From Alphaproteobacteria bacterium (GTDB lineage: Bacteria > Pseudomonadota > Alphaproteobacteria > GCA-2731375): a DNA stretch of 54,739 nucleotides. This document shows positions 1 through 9,874 of this stretch, one piece after another. Each line of letters begins with the position of its first letter. The stretch's first letter is position 1. Position numbers and translations under genes: made by a program. The stretch is from NCBI GenBank assembly GCA_028824965.1, contig JAPKBD010000001.1, positions 1 through 54,739 on the forward strand, written 5' to 3'. Below the pieces are notes generated by a model. That model searched no databases. It was not told where the DNA came from and saw only the letters and a program-made list of their open reading frames with translations.

Positions 1-956
1 ACGCCATGCATGATTGCGACGTGATGATCTGCCTGGGCGCGCGGTTCGACGACCGCATCACCGGGCGGCTGGACGCCTTTTCACCGAATTCAAAAAAGAT
101 CCATGTGGATATCGATCAATCCTCCATCAATAAGAATATCCACGTGGACCTGGGCATTGTCGGCGACGTGGGCCAGGTGCTGGATCAGATGCTGGCCTGT
201 TGGAAGGCCAGTACGCATCAACCCGACCGGTCAGCCTTGAAGGAATGGTGGACCACCATTCAACGTTGGCGCTCCCGCGACTGCCTGGCCTATAGCCAGG
301 GCGCCGACGTCATCCTGCCGCAACACGCCATCCAACGGCTGTATGATCTGACCAAGGACCAGGACACTTATATTACCACCGAGGTCGGCCAGCACCAAAT
401 GTGGGCGGCGCAATATTATAAGTTCGAGGAACCCAACCGCTGGATGACCTCCGGCGGCCTGGGCACCATGGGCTATGGCCTGCCGGCGGCGGTGGGCGTG
501 CAGATCGCCCATCCCGACAGCCTGGTGATCGACATCGCGGGCGAGGCCTCCACCATGATGAACATCCAGGAGCTTTCGACCGCCATGCAGTACCGCCTGC
601 CCCTGAAGGTGTTCATATTGAACAACCGCTGGATGGGCATGGTGCGGCAATGGCAGCAGCTGCTGCACGGCAGCCGGTTTTCGGAAACCTATAGCGAGGC
701 GCTGCCCGATTTCGTCAAGCTGGCGGAATGTTTCGGGGCGACAGGCATGGTCATCGAGGATCCTGATGAACTGGATGACGGCATTCAAAAAATGCTGGAT
801 ACGGACGGCCTGGTGATCGCTGATGTGCGTGTGGCGCAGGAAGAAAATTGCTTCCCCATGGTGCCATCAGGTGCGGCCCATAACGAGATGATCCTGGCCT
901 CTGATAATGCCGGGGACAAGCCCGAGGTCACATCCCAAGGTATGGCCCTCGTTTAA
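1..956 (+). CDS. ilvB: Acetolactate synthase large (catalytic) subunit, C-terminal ~317 aa; the 5' end lies outside the window
   Basis: The frame is open from the window edge to the stop at 954-956. The translation carries the ThDP-binding region typical of AHAS ([15 protein letters not shown] ... [12 protein letters not shown]). It is followed by ilvN and ilvC on the same strand. Confidence 0.9.
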   Translation, partial: AMHDCDVMICLGARFDDRITGRLDAFSPNSKKIHVDIDQSSINKNIHVDLGIVGDVGQVLDQMLACWKASTHQPDRSALKEWWTTIQRWRSRDCLAYSQGADVILPQHAIQRLYDLTKDQDTYITTEVGQHQMWAAQYYKFEEPNRWMTSGGLGTMGYGLPAAVGVQIAHPDSLVIDIAGEASTMMNIQELSTAMQYRLPLKVFILNNRWMGMVRQWQQLLHGSRFSETYSEALPDFVKLAECFGATGMVIEDPDELDDGIQKMLDTDGLVIADVRVAQEENCFPMVPSGAAHNEMILASDNAGDKPEVTSQGMALV

Positions 957-1053
957 TACCGGGTTAGCTGCCTGTCCTAATTTTATACGTTTGAACGACC
1001 CGGAACCGCGCCAAAACGACGATTGCGGGGGGTTTGTTCTGATCGAGGTAAAC

Positions 1054-1569
1054 ATGAGTGAAATGTCAGATATCGCGCCAAAACACACCATCGCAGTCCT
1101 GGTGGACAACGAGCCTGGGGTCCTGGCCCGCGTGGTGGGTTTGTTTTCCGGTCGCGGTTATAACATCGAAAGCCTGACCGTGGCAGAGGTTGATACCAGA
1201 CGGGATCGTTCACGCATCACCATCGTCACATCGGGGGATGAGATGATCATCAACCAAATTCGGGCGCAACTGGAACGTCTGGTGCCGGTCTTTAACGTGG
1301 TTGATTTGACGGATGAAGGCCCCTCGGTGGAGCGGGAGCTGGCTCTGGTCAAAGTGGTGGCCAGTGGCGAGAATCGGATCGAAGCATTACGAGTGGCGGA
1401 TATTTTTCGCGCTCGGGCAGTAGATTCCACCCTTGGTTCCTTTGTTTTTGAAGTGACCGGGGACAGCAACAAGGTCAATGCTTTTATAAACCTGATGGAC
1501 CCACTTGGCCTGGCAGAAGTGTCGCGAACAGGCGTCGTTGCCATTGCGCGCGGCGCAGACGCGATGTAG
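1054..1569 (+). CDS. ilvN: Acetolactate synthase small (regulatory) subunit, 171 aa
   Basis: ATG at 1054 is preceded by GAGG at 1045-1048. The N-terminus HTIAVLVDNEPGVLARVVGLFSGRGYNIESL is the ACT-domain signature of AHAS small subunits. The tracked ORF start at 907 overlaps ilvB and adds a non-homologous extension. Confidence 0.9.
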   Translation: MSEMSDIAPKHTIAVLVDNEPGVLARVVGLFSGRGYNIESLTVAEVDTRRDRSRITIVTSGDEMIINQIRAQLERLVPVFNVVDLTDEGPSVERELALVKVVASGENRIEALRVADIFRARAVDSTLGSFVFEVTGDSNKVNAFINLMDPLGLAEVSRTGVVAIARGADAM

Positions 1570-1660
1570 ATAGGCTGCAACAACACGTAACGAATAATTG
1601 CCCCAAAATTGCACTTCGCCGGACCGACCGGCGTCATCAACAGCGAAGAGGATTTTTACC

Positions 1661-2680
1661 ATGCGCGTGTACTATGACCGCGATGCGGACGTTAACCTGA
1701 TCAAAGACAAGAACGTGGCCATTTTCGGCTACGGCAGCCAGGGCCATGCCCATGCCAACAATCTGAAAGATTCCGGCTGTGAGAACGTTGTTGTCGCGCT
1801 CCGCGCCGGCAGCGGTTCGATCGCCAAGGCGGAAGCCGCCGGCTTTAAAGTCATGCTGCCCTCCGAGGCAGCTGCATGGGCCGATCTGGCCATGGTCCTG
1901 ACACCCGATGAAGGTCAGGCTGATCTGTGGGTCGATGATCTGCGCGACAACATGCGCCAGGGCACGGCCATGGCCTTTGCCCATGGCCTGTCCATCCACT
2001 TTAATTTGATTGAACCCCGCGAAGACATGGACGTCTTCATGATCGCACCCAAGGGCCCCGGCCACACCGTGCGTTCAGAATATGTCCGCGGTGCAGGCGT
2101 ACCTTGCCTGGTTGCCATCGAACAAAACGCATCCGGTAACGCCCTGGAAATCGGCCTCAGCTATTCCGCCGCCATCGGCGGTGGCCGTGCCGGTACCATC
2201 GAAACCACGTTCCGCGAAGAATGCGAAACCGATCTGTTCGGCGAGCAGACTGTATTGTGCGGCGGTGTGTGTGAATTGATGCGGGCCGGCTTTGAAATTC
2301 TGGTTGAAGCGGGCTATGCGCCTGAAATGGCCTATTTCGAATGCATGCACGAAATGAAGCTGATTGTTGATCTGATTTATGAAGGCGGCATCGCCAACAT
2401 GAACTACTCCATCTCCAACACCGCCGAGTATGGCGAATACGTCACCGGCCCCGCGATCATTGATGACAGCGTCAAAGACAGAATGCGTGAAGCATTGGGA
2501 CGCATTCAGTCCGGCGAATTTGCCGCCAATTGGATGCTGGAGAACAAGGTGAACCAGGCCTCTTTCAAGGCCATGCGCCGGCGTTCGTCCGAGCATCAGT
2601 CAGAAGAAGTGGGCGAAAAACTCCGCGCCATGATGCCTTGGATCGCAGAAGGCCGCTTGGTCGACAAGTCCAAGAACTAG
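1661..2680 (+). CDS. ilvC: Ketol-acid reductoisomerase (class I, 339 aa)
   Basis: ATG at 1661 has a purine-rich SD upstream. [39 protein letters not shown] is the canonical KARI N-terminus with its Rossmann motif. The ORF-track start at 1598 adds 21 non-conserved residues. Confidence 0.95.
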   Translation: MRVYYDRDADVNLIKDKNVAIFGYGSQGHAHANNLKDSGCENVVVALRAGSGSIAKAEAAGFKVMLPSEAAAWADLAMVLTPDEGQADLWVDDLRDNMRQGTAMAFAHGLSIHFNLIEPREDMDVFMIAPKGPGHTVRSEYVRGAGVPCLVAIEQNASGNALEIGLSYSAAIGGGRAGTIETTFREECETDLFGEQTVLCGGVCELMRAGFEILVEAGYAPEMAYFECMHEMKLIVDLIYEGGIANMNYSISNTAEYGEYVTGPAIIDDSVKDRMREALGRIQSGEFAANWMLENKVNQASFKAMRRRSSEHQSEEVGEKLRAMMPWIAEGRLVDKSKN

Positions 2681-2762
2681 CATTTGAGTACCGTTCTGCC
2701 GTTTTAAGGGCGCGTAGTTGCCCCCCGAATAGCGATCGAGCCAACCAAAAACTGTGTAATAG

Positions 2763-2800
2763 ACGGCCCCGCACCTGGATTTTCAGGGTGGGGCCGTTAT
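2763..2800 (+). terminator. Putative intrinsic terminator after ilvC
   Basis: GC-rich hairpin ACGGCCCC(gcacc)...(ggg)GGGGCCGT, followed by TTATAATATT. It lies about 80 nt after the ilvC stop. Confidence 0.5.
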
Positions 2801-2994
2801 AATATTACTTGCGGGAATAGGCGAATTAGTCGTAATAACTAATTGGAATCGGTTGATAATGTCGGTTCTTGGATTCTGCATTCAGGGTTTGGCATCAAAG
2901 AGTATCAGGTGCCTTATTGTTGCCCAATTTGTTCGGTATGGGCGGTAGCGTTTGATTAACCTTAGGACTTGGTTAACATGATGCCGTTAATACT

Positions 2995-3104
2995 AGAGCA
3001 ATTCCGGTCGAATGTGATTAATCCAAATGCATTGGGCTAATCTAACGGATTGGAAAAATTGCTCGATTCTAAAGAGTCGGATCATTTCCCAGTCGGGAAT
3101 GTTC
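2995..3104 (+). repeat. Copy A of a double-hairpin intergenic repeat family (GAGCA(A/T)TT module)
   Basis: Aligns to 52492-52621 and 48497-48596. Left arm GAGCAATT (2996-3003) pairs with AATTGCTC (3057-3064). The linker GATTCTAAAGAGTC is shared. The second hairpin is CATTTCCC-agtc-GGGAATG. Confidence 0.75.
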
Positions 3105-3160
3105 TAACCGATGACTGACAATAGATGACTTAAAGCCTAAGGGCTGGGGGGCAAAACTAA

Positions 3161-4207
<1,047 letters not shown>

Positions 4208-4302
4208 TTTCGGGCGCTCCTTTGGTGGTGCGCTTCTATGAGCGGACCTTCTGCCTCTTGAATGCGAGGTTGACGGGGTAACAAGACGGGCAGGACGATG
4301 CT

Positions 4303-5247
4303 GTGGCGAAAGGGCCAAGATTAAGTACGTTGTCACGCGTTGCAGCGCCTGCACGCAGTGTTGCCCAACGCTTTGGCCTATTATTACTTATGGCAACCGC
4401 CATCGCCCTGTTGATCCTTGGTAAGACCCACGATGATGGCGTTCGCCAAATGCGCGTCATGGCGATTGAAGTCGCCGCGCCCATTCTGGAAGTTTTAAGC
4501 GCCCCGGTTATCTCGGCCCGCCACGGCATTGTGGAATTACAAAATTTCTGGAGCACGAACCGGGACAACGAGGCCCTGCGCGAGCAAGTGGCGCGACTGG
4601 TCAAATGGCAAACCATCGCCCGCAACTTGGAACAGGAAAACGCCAGTTTGCGCGCCCTGCTTAATCCCGCCCACGACCCGGGCGCAATGTTTATATCTGC
4701 CCGGGTTATTGGCGATACGGGCGGTTTGTTCGTGCAATCCGTATTGCTTAACGCCGGACGGCGCAATGGTGTCGCCCCAGGTCAGGCGGTTACCACTGCC
4801 CTGGGGCTGGCCGGACGGGTGGTCGAAGTCGGGCAACGTTCCGCCCGCCTGTTGCTGTTGACCGATCTGAACAGCCGGGTACCCGTGGTCGTCGAACAAT
4901 CCCGCCACCGGGCCGTCCTTGCCGGTGATAACTCCGCCAGACCCCGTCTGACATTTCTGCCCGCCAACGCCAAGGTCAGCCCCGGCGACCGTATCGTGAC
5001 CTCCGGCCATGCAGGGGTCTTTCCCCCTGGCCTGCCGGTGGGCATCGTATCTTCCGTCTCTGAGGGGGAAGCGCGCATCCAGCCCTTCCTGGATTGGTCG
5101 CGGCTTGAATACGTCACCATATTGCGCTATCGCGCCTTACCCCAAGCGGACATTCTGCGCCGGGATGGGCTTGGCGCGTCAACACTACAGGCCCAATCCC
5201 AGGCCCAGGCTCCATCTACCGGCAAAACGGTAGAAGCGGTGCCCTAA
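4303..5247 (+). CDS. mreC: Rod-shape-determining protein MreC
   Basis: GTG start, N-terminal TM segment, a coiled-coil (ENASLRALL) and beta-barrel-domain motifs (GLAGRVVEV, PGDRIVTSG ... FPPGLPVG). Its position between mreB and mreD fits. Confidence 0.9.
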   Translation: MAKGPRLSTLSRVAAPARSVAQRFGLLLLMATAIALLILGKTHDDGVRQMRVMAIEVAAPILEVLSAPVISARHGIVELQNFWSTNRDNEALREQVARLVKWQTIARNLEQENASLRALLNPAHDPGAMFISARVIGDTGGLFVQSVLLNAGRRNGVAPGQAVTTALGLAGRVVEVGQRSARLLLLTDLNSRVPVVVEQSRHRAVLAGDNSARPRLTFLPANAKVSPGDRIVTSGHAGVFPPGLPVGIVSSVSEGEARIQPFLDWSRLEYVTILRYRALPQADILRRDGLGASTLQAQSQAQAPSTGKTVEAVP

Positions 5248-5760
5248 ATGGAAACGCATCTGGCGCACAGGGTTGCCAATTTCGCCCGAGCCGGGATCCC
5301 GATCACAATTTCTGTATGCCTCGTGTTGGTCGCAACTCTGCCCTATGGCCTGCCGAAATCGTCGTTGGCGGCGCCCATATTGGCCCTGATCTCTGTTTAT
5401 TATTGGAGTGTCTTTCGCCCGGAACTGATGCCGGCGGGTGCAGCGTTCCTCATCGGTTTGATGGTTGATATCTTAAGCGGCGGGCCACCGGGCCTCAACG
5501 CGCTTCTGCTGATCCTGGTGCATTGGGCCGCATCCGGCCAACGGCGGGTCCTGGCGGGTAAATCGTTTGCCGTCAGCTGGCTGGGCTATTTGCTCATTGC
5601 CGCCGGTGCAGCCGTTATCAACTGGTTCTTCGCGTCCCTATTCTACACCACGGCAATCGAATCCGTACCCTTGGTCGTCAGCCACGCCATTGGCACCGCC
5701 GCCTATCCTCTGGTCGCGCTGTTTCTGGCCCGCATGCAACTTCTTATCGGCCAAGGTTGA
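5248..5760 (+). CDS. mreD: Rod-shape-determining protein MreD
   Basis: The ATG immediately follows the mreC stop (TAAATG). The 170-aa polytopic membrane protein sits in the canonical position. Confidence 0.85.
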   Translation: METHLAHRVANFARAGIPITISVCLVLVATLPYGLPKSSLAAPILALISVYYWSVFRPELMPAGAAFLIGLMVDILSGGPPGLNALLLILVHWAASGQRRVLAGKSFAVSWLGYLLIAAGAAVINWFFASLFYTTAIESVPLVVSHAIGTAAYPLVALFLARMQLLIGQG

Positions 5761-5773
5761 GGGCGTAGCGGTC

Positions 5774-7789
5774 ATGCGCATACCAGGCATAGAACGGGAC
5801 GGCAGCCGCCATAAGACGTTTTCCCGACGTCTGGCCTTGTTGGGTGGTGGCAAATTGACCCTTGCCGCAATTTTGATGGGGCGGATGTATTACCTTCAGG
5901 TTCTGGAGTCCGACCAATATCAGATGCTGGCGGAGGAGAACCGCATTTCCATGCGCCTTCTCGCCCCACCACGGGGCCTGGTACTGGATCGGTTTGGCCG
6001 GGAACTGGCCTCCAACCGGCAGAATTATCGTGTTGTTTTGATTGCGGAACAAACCAATGGTGTCGCCGATACCCTTGATCGTCTGGCCCATATTGTGCCC
6101 ATCAGTCCCCACCAACGACGTCGCGTACTGCGCGAGGTGAAACGCAAACGCCCCTTCGTGCCGATCAAAGTCGCGGAGAACCTGACCTGGGAACAATTCG
6201 CCCGCATTAACGTATTGCTGCCTGATCTGCCGGGTGTACAGCCCGACGTGGGTGAGGGCAGGCATTATCCCGTGGGTGTGGAAACCGCCCACATTGTCGG
6301 CTATGTCTCCTCCGTCTCGGAAGCCGACCTAACCGGCGATCCGTTACTGGAATTGCCCGGATTTCGCATTGGCAAGAACGGCATTGAAAAAGTCTATGAT
6401 GAAAGCCTGCGCGGCAAGGCAGGCAATTCCCGGGTTGAGGTCAATGCCTATGGCCGGGAGATCCGGGAGCTGGCCCGCCAGGATGGCCAGCCCGGCGATG
6501 ACGTTGTCCTGACCATCGATGCAGGTTTGCAGGAAACCATTTCCCGCCGCCTGAACGATGAAAGTGCCGCCGCCGTCGTCATGGATATTCATCAAGGTGA
6601 TATCCTGGCCATGGTATCGGCCCCCAGCTATGACCCCAACGCCTTTAATCTTGGCATGTCGACCAAGGCCTGGCGGGCCCTGGTGCAGCACCCGCGCAAA
6701 CCACTGATCAACAAGGCGATCGCCGGACAATATCCGCCTGGCTCCACCTTCAAAATGCTGGTCGCCCTGGCCGCGATGGAGGCCGGCATTGCCGGGCCTG
6801 GCCATGAAGTTTTTTGCAATGGCGTTACCAAGTTGGGTAAATCCAAATTTCATTGCTGGCGGCACCGTTATGGCGGTCATGGCATGATGAACATGAAGCA
6901 GGCCATCGCACAATCGTGTGACATTTATTTTTATGACCTGGCACGGCGTATCGGCGTCGACCGAATTGGCGCTATGGCGCGGCGCTTTGGCCTGGGCGAG
7001 GCCCTTGGCATAGAGCTGGTGGGAGAGCAGGATGGCCTGGTCCCCAGCAAAGACTGGAAGCAGGCTGTTACCGGCGTGCCCTGGCAGTTGGGCGAGACAT
7101 TGATTACCGGCATTGGCCAGGCCTATTTGCTGGCGACGCCGCTGCAATTGGCCGTCATGACTGCCCGTCTGGCCAATGGCGGCATGGCGGTGAAGCCGAA
7201 ATTATCCCGGCACCGAACGCCAAGAGAACGTGGCGATGGTTCAGCTGACACGGCGACGGACGACGGGGCTGGCGACACGACCGGCAACAGGTCTTTGGCA
7301 TCCGATGTCGGCGCCCCACCCATCGGCATTTCAGCCGCGCATTTGCGGGTCATCACAGAGGCCATGACCGAAGTCGTCAATGGCCCCCGTGGCACGGCGC
7401 GAAAGTACAAACTTGATAAGGATATGGAAATTCAAATGGCCGGCAAGACCGGCACCGCCCAGGTTCGCCGGATTACCAAGGCAGAACGAAAAGCGGGTGG
7501 CAAATTGGGTAAGGGGACGCCATGGAAAGAACGGGACCATGCCCTGTTCACCGCCTTTGCCCCAGTCGATAAACCCCGTTACGCAACGGCCGTGGTGGTG
7601 GAACACGGCGGCTCCGGCACCTATGCAGCCAAATTGACCAAGGACATTATGACGGCGGTCCTGCGCGCTGATCCGCTGTCGCGGTCTGCCGTTGACATGA
7701 CCAGTCGTGGCCACAATAGCGGCTATGGGGGCAGCCATAAGGGCGGAGGCGGTGGCGATGATACTAGCAACAGGGGGCGGAAAACCTAA
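5774..7789 (+). CDS. mrdA: Penicillin-binding protein 2 (elongasome transpeptidase), ~671 aa
   Basis: ATG at 5774 lies just after the mreD stop. The dimerisation and transpeptidase domains carry STFK (GSTFKM), SCD (AQSCDIYF; SxN position) and KTG (GKTGTAQ) motifs. The tracked start at 5567 would overlap mreD by ~190 nt in another frame. Confidence 0.92.
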   Translation: MRIPGIERDGSRHKTFSRRLALLGGGKLTLAAILMGRMYYLQVLESDQYQMLAEENRISMRLLAPPRGLVLDRFGRELASNRQNYRVVLIAEQTNGVADTLDRLAHIVPISPHQRRRVLREVKRKRPFVPIKVAENLTWEQFARINVLLPDLPGVQPDVGEGRHYPVGVETAHIVGYVSSVSEADLTGDPLLELPGFRIGKNGIEKVYDESLRGKAGNSRVEVNAYGREIRELARQDGQPGDDVVLTIDAGLQETISRRLNDESAAAVVMDIHQGDILAMVSAPSYDPNAFNLGMSTKAWRALVQHPRKPLINKAIAGQYPPGSTFKMLVALAAMEAGIAGPGHEVFCNGVTKLGKSKFHCWRHRYGGHGMMNMKQAIAQSCDIYFYDLARRIGVDRIGAMARRFGLGEALGIELVGEQDGLVPSKDWKQAVTGVPWQLGETLITGIGQAYLLATPLQLAVMTARLANGGMAVKPKLSRHRTPRERGDGSADTATDDGAGDTTGNRSLASDVGAPPIGISAAHLRVITEAMTEVVNGPRGTARKYKLDKDMEIQMAGKTGTAQVRRITKAERKAGGKLGKGTPWKERDHALFTAFAPVDKPRYATAVVVEHGGSGTYAAKLTKDIMTAVLRADPLSRSAVDMTSRGHNSGYGGSHKGGGGGDDTSNRGRKT

Positions 7790-7792
7790 ACC

Positions 7793-8938
7793 ATGTCGGT
7801 AGGCGGTCCCATGGGGCGGCAGGTTGATCTGACCCTGCTGCAGAAACTGGTACAGATAAATTGGCTGTTGATCGTGCTGATCACGATGATCGCCTGCGTC
7901 GGCTTTGCCATGCTGTATTCCGCCGCCAATGGTAATATTGACCCCTGGGCGTCACGCCAGATGTACCGCTATGGCGCCGGGCTGGGCCTGATGCTGTTAA
8001 TCGCGTTGATCGATATTCGGGCCTGGTTGCGCCACGCATATTTGATCTATGGCGCTGCATTGTTGTTACTGGTGGCAGTCGAAGTGATGGGTGTTGTCGG
8101 CATGGGCGCACGGCGTTGGGTTGACCTGGGCGTGATCCAGCTACAACCATCCGAGGTGATGAAAATCGCCTTGGTTCTGGCCCTCGCGCGTTTTTATCAC
8201 GGCATGCCGATGGAGGAAATTGGCCGGATCCGCTGGTTATTGGTGCCTGCGGCGTTGATCCTTGTCCCCGTCGCCCTGGTGATGCGCCAGCCTGATCTGG
8301 GCACAGCAATCTTGTTGATGGCCACGGCAACGGCAATCCTGCTACTCGCCGGCGTCAGGCTGTGGAAATTTGCGGTCGCCTTGGGCGCCGTACTATTGGC
8401 CATACCGTTGGCCTGGCGTTTCATGCTGCACGGCTATCAAAAGGACCGGGTGCTCACCTATCTGAATCCGGAGCGTGATCCCTTAGGCGCCGGCTATCAT
8501 ATTATGCAGTCAAAAATCGCCCTGGGGTCAGGCGGGGTGTTTGGTAAGGGTTTCATGCAGGGCACGCAAAGCCATTTGGCTTTTTTGCCGGAGCGTCAGA
8601 CGGATTTTATTTTTACCATGTTGGCAGAAGAGTTCGGCCTTGTGGGCTGCATTGGTCTTCTGAGCCTGTATATCCTGGTCATCGCCTATGGCTATGCCAT
8701 TGCCATCCGCTCCCGCAGTCAATTCGGACGGCTGTTGGCGACGGGGGTGATCACCACCTTCTTTTTGTATCTGTTCATCAACATGGCCATGGTCATGGGG
8801 TTAATCCCCGTCGTTGGCGTGCCCCTACCCCTTGTGTCCTATGGCGGCACGTCGATGATTTCTTTGTTGATCGGTTTTGGCCTGTTGCTAAGCGTCTATG
8901 TGCATCGGGATGTGGTGATCCCCCGGCGACCCAGTTAA
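7793..8938 (+). CDS. rodA: SEDS-family peptidoglycan glycosyltransferase RodA
   Basis: 381-aa polytopic FtsW/RodA/SpoVE-family sequence (PSEVMKIALVLALARF ... QTDFIFTMLAEEFG ... LPLVSYGGTS), placed directly after mrdA. Confidence 0.93.
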   Translation: MSVGGPMGRQVDLTLLQKLVQINWLLIVLITMIACVGFAMLYSAANGNIDPWASRQMYRYGAGLGLMLLIALIDIRAWLRHAYLIYGAALLLLVAVEVMGVVGMGARRWVDLGVIQLQPSEVMKIALVLALARFYHGMPMEEIGRIRWLLVPAALILVPVALVMRQPDLGTAILLMATATAILLLAGVRLWKFAVALGAVLLAIPLAWRFMLHGYQKDRVLTYLNPERDPLGAGYHIMQSKIALGSGGVFGKGFMQGTQSHLAFLPERQTDFIFTMLAEEFGLVGCIGLLSLYILVIAYGYAIAIRSRSQFGRLLATGVITTFFLYLFINMAMVMGLIPVVGVPLPLVSYGGTSMISLLIGFGLLLSVYVHRDVVIPRRPS

Positions 8939-8961
8939 CGGCCCAGTTAGGCCCTATTATC

Positions 8962-9423
8962 TTAGGCGCGACCACCCAGCGGCAGAGCTGTGGTGTATTT
9001 GATCTGTTGCATGGAGAAACTGGACGAAACATCGTTCAGGCCGTCAATTTCGATCAAGCGTTTGTAGAATTCATCATAGGCCGGCATGTCGGCCACCAGA
9101 ACCCGCAGCAAATAATCCCAATTTCCCGCCAGACGATTGACCTCCAACACCTCGTCCATTGCCATGATGGCGGAGGTGAATTGATCAAGCCAATCCGTGC
9201 CATGACGGGCAATGCGCAGATGTACGAAGACCGTCAGGCCCAAATCCAATTGCGCGGCATCCAACAACGCCACCCTGGCCCGGATAATACCGCTCGCCTC
9301 CATCTTCTGAATGCGCCGCCAGCAGGGCGTTGGTGATAGACCGACCCGTTCTGCGACCGCCGCAACGGCAAGGGAGGCATCTTCCTGCAAGACCTGCAGT
9401 ATCTGTAAATCGAAGCTATCCAA
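8962..9423 (-). CDS. Lrp/AsnC-family transcriptional regulator (153 aa)
   Basis: MDSFDLQILQVLQEDASLAVAAVAERVGLSPTPCWRRIQKMEASGII is a classic Lrp HTH, followed by a RAM/AsnC_trans_reg domain. Confidence 0.92.
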   Translation of the reverse strand: MDSFDLQILQVLQEDASLAVAAVAERVGLSPTPCWRRIQKMEASGIIRARVALLDAAQLDLGLTVFVHLRIARHGTDWLDQFTSAIMAMDEVLEVNRLAGNWDYLLRVLVADMPAYDEFYKRLIEIDGLNDVSSSFSMQQIKYTTALPLGGRA

Positions 9424-9595
9424 GGTAATTTACCTATTGTTAATCAAAATTAGAAACATAATTCGAATATCATTTGGAATTTTAGCATATTTTTGCGTAT
9501 TTTTCATAATTTTTCACAATATTTGCAAGATAATTCCTCACCCGGCGGGCCATACTGGGCAAATCATACGGTATGAATTTCGGGAGACATCACAA
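9424..9595. promoter_or_regulatory. Very AT-rich divergent control region with 10-bp phased T-tracts
   Basis: T4-5 tracts start at 9480, 9490, 9500 and 9510, with a weaker one at 9522 (TATTTTTGCG TATTTTTCAT AATTTTTCAC AATATTTGCA). The region lies between lrp (-) and a small divergent gene (+). Confidence 0.6.
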
Positions 9596-9859
9596 ATGGC
9601 GCGCATCTCTTTTACGGAACATCCGGCTTCGGTCGATGAGACCTATGGTGAGCATTTCATGGTCGCCTCAAGCTTTGGCGTAACAATGATCGTTGCCGGC
9701 TTTGCCTGTCTGATGCACGGCATATTCCCGTTTTTGTGCAACAGCACAGGGTCAAATGCGGTAACCACATTGCATAAACGCATGGTCACCCACCGGGTCG
9801 GCGGCGAAGCCCCATTGCCGGGTGCCGATCTGGCGCTGGATGGCGCGTTGGAGCGTTAG
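9596..9859 (+). CDS. Small (87 aa) hypothetical membrane protein, divergent from lrp
   Basis: ATG at 9596 has GGGAGA about 9 nt upstream. One hydrophobic segment (VASSFGVTMIVAGFACLMHGIFPF). From memory it resembles a conserved small DUF family. The upstream part of tracked ORF 9311-9859 overlaps lrp and the AT-rich spacer. Confidence 0.5.
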   Translation: MARISFTEHPASVDETYGEHFMVASSFGVTMIVAGFACLMHGIFPFLCNSTGSNAVTTLHKRMVTHRVGGEAPLPGADLALDGALER

Positions 9860-9874
9860 CCTTTCGCCAAACCG

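Noticed and set aside
231-788. Long antisense or alternative-frame ORFs throughout the track. Examples: 231-788(-), 3680-4354(-), 6344-7147(-), 10526-11398(+), 13385-14308(-), 19909-20661(-), 22169-23344(+), 29375-30892(-), 33595-34332(+), 36579-37427(+), 41731-42480(+), 47289-47882(+), 49891-50487(-), 54193-54684(-).
   Set aside because: Each lies opposite to, or out of frame with, a gene that has unmistakable family motifs. Their translations are Arg/Gly/Pro/Ala-rich low-complexity strings, which is typical of shadow ORFs in GC-rich DNA. None has a plausible SD or a recognisable domain.
2978-3040. A 20-codon ORF (MMPLILEQFRSNVINPNALG) inside repeat copy A, and similar short frames in copies B and C.
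   Set aside because: The reading frame is not conserved between copies, because copy C has a 1-nt indel in the shared block. There is no SD. Conservation is at the nucleotide and secondary-structure level.
5567-5773. A 5' extension of the PBP2 ORF that overlaps mreD by ~190 nt. Similar N-terminal extensions occur at 907 (ilvN), 1598 (ilvC), 25026 (amidohydrolase), 28050 (bicupin), 44304 (DmpA), 44911 (NDH-2) and 17934 (EamA).
   Set aside because: The extensions overlap the preceding gene or intergenic DNA and are not homologous to the family N-termini. Internal starts with SD sequences reproduce the canonical N-termini.
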